Shown here: positions 47,443 through 55,701 of the stretch, one piece after another
Layout: every line of letters starts with the position of its first letter
Position numbering within the stretch: position 1 is the first letter of the stretch
Assembly (NCBI GenBank): GCA_007133495.1
Contig: SLMS01000002.1
Location: forward strand, 1-61,247
Length of the DNA: 61,247 nucleotides
Origin: Candidatus Sumerlaeota bacterium
Lineage (GTDB): Bacteria > Sumerlaeota > Sumerlaeia > SLMS01
Direction of reading: 5' to 3'
The notes under the pieces: model-generated
The model's database searches: none
Told to the model about the DNA's origin: nothing
The model's input: only the letters and a program-made list of their open reading frames with translations
Program-made: the position numbers and the translations under genes

Positions 47443-50400
47443 ATGCCCCACACCTCCTTTATTCGTCTGCGGCGCCTTGCCCTGTGCTTCGCCGCGTGGT
47501 TGCTGCTGGTCATCGCTGTCGCTCCACCGCCTGCCGAGGCAGGCCGTACCTACGCCACCGCCGCGCCTCGTGCCGCGGCCGATCAGCCACTCCCCACGCT
47601 GGACGGCCTTGTCGATCCGGTGGAGTACGCCCGCGCGTGGAATTCCACGCGCATCCTCTATCGTCCCCACTGGTTTCCGGACCCGGTCAGGGTGCGCCTG
47701 CTCACCAGCAATACCGACCTTTACATTCACATCGAAGGTATTCCAATCGGGACCGGCGGTCAGCAGCGGGAGATATCCGTGGCCTTCGACGTGCTGCAGG
47801 ACGGTGGCTGGCTCCCCCAGTCCGACGACCTGCGGTTTGCCGTCACCGAGGCGGGGGAGATGTCCGCCCAGCGGGGTGGCGGGTTCGCAGGCTGGGTGGC
47901 GGCACCGGGCTCCATCACGTGGGAGGCCGCCACGGCCCCGCATGGGGAGTTCGCCTGGAACTGCGAAATGCGCATTCCGCTCCGGCACTTGACGCCTTCC
48001 GGTGGCACCGGAGGGCGCCCCTACCACGTCGTGGGTTTCAACGTGCGCCACAACTCGGTCCGCTCTGTGGGAGACGATTTCGGTTGGCCGCCGGACGCCG
48101 GGCCGATCTCTCCCAATACTTGGGGAAGCCTGCTGTTGTTCGGACCGCAGACCGGCGGTCAGGTATTCCTCGATACCTTGCGCATCACCCAGGGGTACGA
48201 GTACGACGCCACCTCCCGTGCGCCCTACGACTTTGTTGCGGGGAAGGAGACGCTCGTGCGGGCGACGCTCTACGCGCCTACGGGAGCTTCCAGCAGCCTG
48301 ACACAGCTCGTTGTCCAACGGGTGGCGCCCTCCACCGGGCCCGTTCACCATGTGGACCCCGCCCGGCCCGCCACGAGGCACTCCTTCGCTCCAACAGGCC
48401 GGCATGACAGCCACCTCGCCACCGACTTCTGGTGTCCCGGGGATATCTTCTCCGTACCGGGGACCTATCGTTTTGAAATTGTGACGTATAACATCAGCGG
48501 CAGTCCAAGGCCACCGATCCGCCTCGGGACACGGGTCTTCAAGGAAACGAAGGATTTTAACGTACTGCTCCTGCCGGTAAATCTTACCGGGATCGTGGAC
48601 GATGGGCGCGCCTGGGGCGAGGACCTGACGGCGAACGTGGCCACCGCCATGCGGGAGATGGCCCGGCTTTTTCCCGTTCGCGACGGGGCCGCGCCGTTCG
48701 TCTTGAACTCAAGTGAGCCCGCGCCCGAGACGGGGATCCGCTATCTTTTCATCCCTGCTGTGGTCCAGCCACAAGCTGGTGATACACTGGGCACGCTCGA
48801 CCAGCGTGCCCGGCGGGTGGCGAATGACCTGCTTCATTTGGTCAACAACGGTCTGGAAAGGGGCGATCCCGCAAACAATCTCGGGCGTATAGACAGGGCG
48901 AGCATTCTTGGTGCCTCCACCGGCACCGGAGGCGGCCAGGCGCAACCCAACTGGAGCCCCTGTTCCTCGGGTGCGGGCTTCGATGCTTTCCCGTGGGGTG
49001 CGTCTGCCACTGTGCTCATTCACGAATTCTACCACTGCTTGGGGCACGTGGTCCGGGGTAGTGCCAACAGTGATGGCGGTGACCATTCCCGCAACAGTCT
49101 GATACCGCTGACCGGCGGACGCAGCGTCGTCAACTTTACGCGGCGCAGCAACGTGAATAACGCCCGGTCGCTCATGTTCTGGCAGGTGGGGGGAATCCAC
49201 GATGCTTTTGTGGAGGGGGCCGAATGGAACGCCGTGCGTGAGTACCTTGTGACCCGTCCCCGGTTGCCGGGTTGCGAGACCTGTGGTCCGGCCAAGGAGG
49301 GCATCCTTCCCGCGCAAAAGGATACCGGCAAGATGTTCCGCCTTGCCGGCAGCATGAGCATGCAGGAGGTTTTCTCTTTCTCCACTTCCGAGGTCCGGCC
49401 GTCGGAGGGGTTGGTTGCGACGGCAGGCGATCCGAATGGCAGCTATGCATTGGAAATGGTGGCTGGGGACGGGTCGGTTCTGACTGCCCTGCCTTTCTCT
49501 CTCCAGTTTGAGCTCATCGACGACGGGCACATGGTGTACGGTTCCACCAAGCAACAAAACCCCGAGTTTCTGGATGAAGCCGGTTTTCTTCTGCAGACTC
49601 CGCTGGCCGACGGCAGCGTCCGTGTCCGAATTGTCAGCAACGGTCACACGCTCTGGCAAATGGAGCTTCCCGAAACCACGCCGGATATATTTTCGATTGG
49701 GATGACGGACGACGGAAAGGGTAACATGGAACTGAATTGGCAAGTCAGTGACCAGGGTGTGCCGGCAAGTCAGCTTCGCCACTCTGTATTCTTCAAGCAA
49801 TCCCCCGGCAGTGTGCCGGTGTTGCTGGGCAACGGCCTGACTGAAACCAGCTTCATCTTCCCGGCGCACATGGCGCCGGCTTCACCAGATGCACGCCTGA
49901 TTGTAAGGACCACGAACGGCGCCAACACCGACGAAGTGGAAAGCGAGCCTTTCGAGATCGCTCCCAACTGGCCGGTGGCTGGTATCGTCCGTCCCGCGCC
50001 CGAGGACCTTCAGGATATGCGCACCATGGTCATTCAGGGGCAACCGTACCTCTTCCGCGCTGCGGCGTTTGACTATACGGACGGGCTGCTCGACGGGGAG
50101 TCGGTCGTGTGGACGAGCAACGTGGACGGCCCCATGGGCACGGGGGCGGACCTCGTCGCCGCACTCCCCACCGCAGGCCCCCACGTCATCACCCTCACGG
50201 TCACCAACTCACACCAACTGGATGATATAGATGCCGTTCAGTTGTTCGTCCTTGCGGACAGCGACGGGGACGGACTCCCCGACGATTACGAGAATCAATA
50301 CGATTGCCTGGATGTCAACGTTTACGACAGCGACCTGGATCAGGATGGAGACGGCCTGGACTCCCTCACCGAATTCTTTATCGGCACCAACCCCTGTGAT

Positions 50401-50811
50401 CCCGACACCTCCGGCAACGGCTACACGGACGGTGATGAGGTGGCGATGGGCAGCGATCCACTTGACGGGCAGAGCACCCCGGAGGTTGGGGCGCTTTTCC
50501 TTCCGAGCAGGCCCGCGCCAACCGTCCTGACGGTACGTGAGCCCTGCCCGCCCATCGCCCGCTCGATCCGGGTGTGGACGGTGACGGCCCAGACAGAGTG
50601 GTTCGTCTCCTCGGACAGCCCGTGGCTCGTGCCCGTTACGGAAAGCGGAACAGGCGACGGTAATATCGATCTTTTCTTTGACTGCGAACTAATGCTCCCC
50701 GGATGGAATCGCGGTACTCTGACGGTTGCCACAGAGGGCCATCCCCCGCGCACGGTTGAGATCGAAGTGGACTTCCACCCGGACGCGGTGGAAGGCTGGA
50801 TAGTCCAATAA
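47443..50811 (+). CDS. large secreted multidomain protein, putative zincin-like metallopeptidase (paralogue 1)
   Basis: Signal peptide and HEFYHCLGH (49021-49047). A PKD-like module, thrombospondin-type-3 DxDxDG repeats and a BACON-like C-terminus. Full-length paralogue of 51092..54496. Confidence 0.8.
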   Translation: MPHTSFIRLRRLALCFAAWLLLVIAVAPPPAEAGRTYATAAPRAAADQPLPTLDGLVDPVEYARAWNSTRILYRPHWFPDPVRVRLLTSNTDLYIHIEGIPIGTGGQQREISVAFDVLQDGGWLPQSDDLRFAVTEAGEMSAQRGGGFAGWVAAPGSITWEAATAPHGEFAWNCEMRIPLRHLTPSGGTGGRPYHVVGFNVRHNSVRSVGDDFGWPPDAGPISPNTWGSLLLFGPQTGGQVFLDTLRITQGYEYDATSRAPYDFVAGKETLVRATLYAPTGASSSLTQLVVQRVAPSTGPVHHVDPARPATRHSFAPTGRHDSHLATDFWCPGDIFSVPGTYRFEIVTYNISGSPRPPIRLGTRVFKETKDFNVLLLPVNLTGIVDDGRAWGEDLTANVATAMREMARLFPVRDGAAPFVLNSSEPAPETGIRYLFIPAVVQPQAGDTLGTLDQRARRVANDLLHLVNNGLERGDPANNLGRIDRASILGASTGTGGGQAQPNWSPCSSGAGFDAFPWGASATVLIHEFYHCLGHVVRGSANSDGGDHSRNSLIPLTGGRSVVNFTRRSNVNNARSLMFWQVGGIHDAFVEGAEWNAVREYLVTRPRLPGCETCGPAKEGILPAQKDTGKMFRLAGSMSMQEVFSFSTSEVRPSEGLVATAGDPNGSYALEMVAGDGSVLTALPFSLQFELIDDGHMVYGSTKQQNPEFLDEAGFLLQTPLADGSVRVRIVSNGHTLWQMELPETTPDIFSIGMTDDGKGNMELNWQVSDQGVPASQLRHSVFFKQSPGSVPVLLGNGLTETSFIFPAHMAPASPDARLIVRTTNGANTDEVESEPFEIAPNWPVAGIVRPAPEDLQDMRTMVIQGQPYLFRAAAFDYTDGLLDGESVVWTSNVDGPMGTGADLVAALPTAGPHVITLTVTNSHQLDDIDAVQLFVLADSDGDGLPDDYENQYDCLDVNVYDSDLDQDGDGLDSLTEFFIGTNPCDPDTSGNGYTDGDEVAMGSDPLDGQSTPEVGALFLPSRPAPTVLTVREPCPPIARSIRVWTVTAQTEWFVSSDSPWLVPVTESGTGDGNIDLFFDCELMLPGWNRGTLTVATEGHPPRTVEIEVDFHPDAVEGWIVQ

Positions 50812-50843
50812 TCGCCTGAGGTTGGCACGGCAGCCCGTATCCC

Positions 50844-50898
50844 CAGGGGAGAAACGCGGAAATTTCCCATCAGGGAATTCCGGTGTTCCTCTCCCCTG
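50844..50898 (+). terminator. imperfect hairpin after paralogue 1
   Basis: caggggaga (50844-52) pairs with tctcccctg (50890-98). The large loop contains the palindrome ggaaatttcc. There is no clear U-tract. Confidence 0.3.
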
Positions 50899-51091
50899 TG
50901 GGCGGTGCGGTGCTGCATAACACAATAGAAATCAAGTATCTGCGTTCCCCTGGAGAGGGTTCGGAGCGACCCGCTGCACGATGCGAGGTGTCTTGGAACT
51001 GGCACCAACAGGTGCCGATAACGTTTGACAAGGGGCATGTACGTTTGGAACCGGTTCGTTACATTCCAACCGGACCGGAGGCGCCCCACCC

Positions 51092-54000
51092 ATGCCCCGC
51101 CTGTCATTTCGTTCTTCTTTCGCTGTAGCTTCGTATATATTTCTCCTGGCCGCGGTATTGTTGTTGCCTCGTCCGGTGGAGGCAGACCGGGTTTACGCCG
51201 CCGCCGCGCCAAGGGCGCCACTCGGTCAGCCTCTCCCGACGATAAACGGCATTGCCGAACCGTCCACTTACCTGCACGCATGGAATGCAACTCGGATATC
51301 CTACCGGCCGGACCATTGGTCCCCCCTCGCCACCATCAGGCTTATCGCGAGCGACACGGACCTCTATATTCATGTTGGCCCGATGCCTCTGGGTTCCGGC
51401 CAGACTCCCTCGAGTGTCTATGTCCAGTTCGACGTGGAGCATGATGGCGGGGGAGTGCCCGGCACCGACGACCTCCGCTTCGTCATCACCGAGCAGGGCG
51501 GCACCGCCGTCTATCGCGGCACCGGTACCACCGCGGACTGGCAGGAAGAAACCGGCATTACGGATTGGCTCGCCGCCACGGCCCCGAGCGGTGAGTTTCA
51601 TTGGAACTGCGAGGTGCGCATCCCGCTCCGCCACCTGACTCCACCCGGCGGAACCGGCGGCAGACCCTTTCACGTCGTGGGATTCCACGTTCGCCACAGT
51701 TCCGTTAGGGCGGAGCACGACGATTTCGGCTGGCCGCCGGACGTGTGGGCTTTCGTGCCGAATACCTGGGGGCAGCTTCTTCTGCTCGTCAGGGATACCG
51801 GCAATCAGGTGCTGCTCGACACCTTCCGTATTACACAGGGCTTCGAGTATGACGAGAATGCAGGCGTCGCCTACGACTTTATCGCCGGGAAGGAGACGCT
51901 GGTGCGTGCGTCGTTCTATGCGCCCATGAGCCCGTTCGCCAGTGGCGCCGAAGTGCGTGTGCGGCGTATAGCCCCGACTCCGGGGCCCGTCCACTCCATC
52001 GAACCCACCCGGACCGCACGTTTCTTCCCCACCACCCCGACCGGCCGGCATGATTCGCCCGCGGCTTATGATTTTTGGGTGCCGGGCACCGTTTTCGATA
52101 CTCCCGGCACATACAGCTTCGAGGCCGTGACGTTCACGGGAACCGGCTCGGCGCGCCCTCCCATCCGGCTGGGGACGCGGGTGTACAAGGAAACGAAGCC
52201 GTTTAATGTTTTGTTGCAACCCAGCAGCTCCGAAGGAGTGTTGCGGGAGGAGGGAGGAGATGTGCTGCCGGACGCGCGGCCCTGGGGAGAGGACCTGACG
52301 GCAAACGTGCCGCCTGCAATGGCGGATATGGCCCGGCTGTTTCCCGTCGCCGACGGGGCGGCGCCCTTCGTGCTGGCGTCAGGAGGCGAGCCTCCCGATG
52401 CCGGCATTCGCTATCTGCTGATCCCCTTCGTTGTGCAGCCGCGGGAGGACGAGACCCTGGCAAGTATTGGCCAGCGTACCCGCGCACTCGCAAACGACCA
52501 ACTGCATCTGTTCAACTCCGTAATGGAGAGGAATGACCCTGCCAATAATCTCGGGCGTATAGACAGAGCGGGCACCATTGGCGCTTCCACCATGACTCGC
52601 GGCGGTCAGGCACAGCCGCACTGGTCCCCCTGCTCCACCGCTCTCGGCTTCGATCCGTTTCCGTGGGGAGCGACGGCGAGTCTCGCCGTTCACGAATTCA
52701 TGCACTGCCTTGGGCACGTTCACTCCAGCAGTCCCAACATCACCAGTCCTGTGGGGGTTCATTCGCGCAATATGTTTATTCCCACCCGTACCGGCCGCAA
52801 GGTCGTTGATTTCATTGGCCGTGCCGACATTGAAGAGCCGCGCTCGGTCATGTACTACATCGTCCACTGGGCCCGCGAAACGTTTATAGAAGGTTACGAA
52901 TGGAACGCCATCCGGGAATACCTTGTCACCCGCCCTCGCCTGCCTGGGTGCGAGACCTGCGGTCCGGCGAAGGAAGGCCCATTCCTTCCTGTGCAGGAGG
53001 ACACCGGCCTGATGTTTCGACTTACCGGAAGCGTCAACATGCAGGACGTGTTCACTTACTCCACCTCCGAAGTCCGTCCGTCTGAAGGTCTTGTGCCTAC
53101 ACCGGCTGACCCCAACGGCGCCTACGCCCTGGAGCTGCTCTCCCCGGACGGCGAGGTGCTTTCGATCACACCGTTCGACGTCCAGTTCCAGTTACTTGAT
53201 GACGAGGAGATGACCGGCGATCCCACCGGGGATCAGAACGAACCCACGCCTTCGTTCCTTCAGGAGGCAGGGTTTGCGCTGCAGGTTCCCCTGCCTGAAG
53301 GCAGTTTCACGGCGCGCGTCGCGCTCGATGGGAACACGCTCTGGCAGATGAACCTGCCCGGCTCCACTCCGGAAATAAGTTTTATAGACCTCTCGGAGGA
53401 CGAACATGGCGTGTTCAACCTTAGCTGGGGAGCAACGGATTCCGGTGTTCCGGCCAGTCAGCTCCGCCACTCGGTGTTCTTCAAACAGTCCCCGGATACG
53501 CCGGCCCTTCTCCTGGCGCACGCGCTGGAGGAAACGCAGTTCGAATTTCCGCCGGACCTGGCTCCCGCGTCCAACGCCGCACGTCTGATTGTCGAGACGA
53601 CCAACGGCGCCAACATCGCCGAGGCCGAAAGCGACCCATTCGTCATTGCTCCCAAACCGCCCCACGTCCGCATAGTCCGCCCCGCGCCTGACGACCTTCA
53701 GGACATGCGCACCATGGTCATCCAGGGCCAGCCGTATCTTTTCCGCGCGACGGCCTTTGATCTCACCGATGGCACGCTCTCCGGTTCTTCCGTTGTCTGG
53801 GAAAGCAATATAGACGGCACCCTCGGCACTGGGCCCCATATCACCGCGGAAATACCCACCGCCGGACCTCACATCATCACCGTTTCCGCCACAAACGGTG
53901 CCAATCAAACCTCCACGGATGTAATACAACTCTTCGTCCTTGCCGACAGCGACGGCGATGGCATCCCCGACGACTACAAAAATCAGTACGAGTGCCTGAA

Positions 54001-54496
54001 GATCGGGGACGACCAGGCGGACCTTGACATTGACGGCGATGGGCTCACCGTTCGCGAGGAGTTCCACCATGGCACCAACCCCTGCGATCCGGACACGGAT
54101 GGCGATGGCTATACGGACGGCGACGAGGTCAGGCTGGGCAGCGATCCGCTCGACCCCAAGAGCACACCCGAGCCCAGCGGGCTGTTCCTCCCCACGCGCC
54201 CGCGGCCTTTCGTCGTGATCGGGCAGGAACCGCCGCCGGAACCGCACACTATCCCGATTCAGCCGGAGGACGAGCAGAGCCAGTGGACGGTCTTCTCCGA
54301 CAGCCCCTGGCTCGATGTCCTCACCGGGGAGGGGGCAGGCCCGGGTCACATCGAACTCGCTTTCGATCCCGATCAGATGATCCCCGGCTTCAACCGTGGC
54401 ATCATCATCGTAACCGTGGGGGATCAGCCTCCGCGCACGGTGAACGTCGAAGTGGACTTCCACCCGGACGCGGCGGAGAGCTGGGCCATCCAGTAG
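51092..54496 (+). CDS. large secreted multidomain protein, putative zincin-like metallopeptidase (paralogue 2)
   Basis: Signal peptide and HEFMHCLGH (52691-52717). Same domain order as paralogue 1. Confidence 0.8.
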   Translation: MPRLSFRSSFAVASYIFLLAAVLLLPRPVEADRVYAAAAPRAPLGQPLPTINGIAEPSTYLHAWNATRISYRPDHWSPLATIRLIASDTDLYIHVGPMPLGSGQTPSSVYVQFDVEHDGGGVPGTDDLRFVITEQGGTAVYRGTGTTADWQEETGITDWLAATAPSGEFHWNCEVRIPLRHLTPPGGTGGRPFHVVGFHVRHSSVRAEHDDFGWPPDVWAFVPNTWGQLLLLVRDTGNQVLLDTFRITQGFEYDENAGVAYDFIAGKETLVRASFYAPMSPFASGAEVRVRRIAPTPGPVHSIEPTRTARFFPTTPTGRHDSPAAYDFWVPGTVFDTPGTYSFEAVTFTGTGSARPPIRLGTRVYKETKPFNVLLQPSSSEGVLREEGGDVLPDARPWGEDLTANVPPAMADMARLFPVADGAAPFVLASGGEPPDAGIRYLLIPFVVQPREDETLASIGQRTRALANDQLHLFNSVMERNDPANNLGRIDRAGTIGASTMTRGGQAQPHWSPCSTALGFDPFPWGATASLAVHEFMHCLGHVHSSSPNITSPVGVHSRNMFIPTRTGRKVVDFIGRADIEEPRSVMYYIVHWARETFIEGYEWNAIREYLVTRPRLPGCETCGPAKEGPFLPVQEDTGLMFRLTGSVNMQDVFTYSTSEVRPSEGLVPTPADPNGAYALELLSPDGEVLSITPFDVQFQLLDDEEMTGDPTGDQNEPTPSFLQEAGFALQVPLPEGSFTARVALDGNTLWQMNLPGSTPEISFIDLSEDEHGVFNLSWGATDSGVPASQLRHSVFFKQSPDTPALLLAHALEETQFEFPPDLAPASNAARLIVETTNGANIAEAESDPFVIAPKPPHVRIVRPAPDDLQDMRTMVIQGQPYLFRATAFDLTDGTLSGSSVVWESNIDGTLGTGPHITAEIPTAGPHIITVSATNGANQTSTDVIQLFVLADSDGDGIPDDYKNQYECLKIGDDQADLDIDGDGLTVREEFHHGTNPCDPDTDGDGYTDGDEVRLGSDPLDPKSTPEPSGLFLPTRPRPFVVIGQEPPPEPHTIPIQPEDEQSQWTVFSDSPWLDVLTGEGAGPGHIELAFDPDQMIPGFNRGIIIVTVGDQPPRTVNVEVDFHPDAAESWAIQ

Positions 54497-54602
54497 GCGC
54501 CCGTCCCGCCAAAACGCTTGGCCCCTCCGGCCCATCGTGGGACTGCTCCGCCCGGGGCAGCGCCCCGAGTCCGATTGAAACAGGCATTGCCCGGACCGGC
54601 CC

Positions 54603-55577
54603 ATGTCCATGACTCCGCGCGAACGGTTTCTCGCCGCGCTCGACCGCCGGCCCATCACGGGCCGCGTTCCTCATTTCGAACTCGAAGTGTTCCTCACCAT
54701 GGAAGCGCTCGGCCGCGTCCATCCGCTGCACCGGCGGTTCGAGCAGTGGGACCAGATGTCCGGGCGCGAGAAGGACCTGCACCGGCGCGACGTTGCTGAC
54801 CTGTATGTAGCGAAACTCCGCCGATTCGGCCTCGCCGCCACCATCCATCACGCACCAATAGACTGGTCCGAGGAGGACATCCGACTCTCCGTCGAGCACG
54901 TACGCGAACTGGATGGCTGGAATCATGCCGTCTGCATACATGGCGATGCAACGTACAGTCTGCCGGACGGGGACGGCATGATGGAGTTCGCCGTCCGCAT
55001 GGGGGAGGAACCGCAGGGGCTCAAGGACGAGGCGCAACGCATGGTGGATGAGGCGCTGAAGCGCGCTGCCCGCATCGCCCGCTGGGGGACAGTGGACGCG
55101 CTCTGCCTCTGCTCGGATTATTGCTTCAACGACAACCCCTTCCTCCCGCCCGCCGCCTTTGACGAGTTCGTCACGCCCTACCTCTCCGAACTGATTGCCG
55201 GCTACCGCGAGATGGGCTTCCACACCATCAAGCACACCGACGGCAACATCATGCCGATCCTGGATTCGCTCGTCTCGGCGAATCCCCACGCGCTGCACAG
55301 CCTCGACCCGCAGGGCGGGGTGGACATTGCGGAGGTCAAGCGCCGGGTGGGGGACCGGGTATGCCTGATCGGCAACGTCCACTGCGGGCTGCTCCAGAGC
55401 GGCACGGACGAGGAGGTGCGCGAGTCCGCCCGCCACGCCCTGCGGCACGGCATGCCCGGTGGCGGTTACGTCTTCGGGACGAGCAACTGCATCTACACGG
55501 GGATGGCTCTGGACCGGTACGAGCTGATGCTGGAGGTCTGGCGGGAGGAGGGGAACCACCCCGCGGGGGTGGCCTGA
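54603..55577 (+). CDS. uroporphyrinogen decarboxylase (URO-D) family protein (MtaA/CmuA-like fold)
   Basis: 324 aa. The C-terminal LIGNVHCGLLQSGTDEEVRESARHALRHGMPGGGYVFGTSNCI is typical of the URO-D superfamily. Confidence 0.65.
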   Translation: MSMTPRERFLAALDRRPITGRVPHFELEVFLTMEALGRVHPLHRRFEQWDQMSGREKDLHRRDVADLYVAKLRRFGLAATIHHAPIDWSEEDIRLSVEHVRELDGWNHAVCIHGDATYSLPDGDGMMEFAVRMGEEPQGLKDEAQRMVDEALKRAARIARWGTVDALCLCSDYCFNDNPFLPPAAFDEFVTPYLSELIAGYREMGFHTIKHTDGNIMPILDSLVSANPHALHSLDPQGGVDIAEVKRRVGDRVCLIGNVHCGLLQSGTDEEVRESARHALRHGMPGGGYVFGTSNCIYTGMALDRYELMLEVWREEGNHPAGVA

Positions 55578-55701
55578 GCGGACAGGCGGGCGGGCTGTTC
55601 TCCCTACTTGACACCCCCTCCCCCCTTGCGGCCCATGGGAGGCGGTCCAAACGAAAGCGGTTCCCGGCCACATCCCGGAGAGCAACATCAGGAGGGGTTC
55701 C

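Noticed and set aside
51000-51016. TGGCAC-N5-GGTGC upstream of paralogue 2 considered as a sigma-54 promoter. TTGGCACGG at 50822 after paralogue 1 was considered too.
   Set aside because: The GG-to-GC spacing is one nt longer than the -24/-12 consensus, and the -12 element is GTGC or CCGT rather than TTGC. The first site is better explained as a perfect palindrome. No enhancer-binding-protein gene is nearby.
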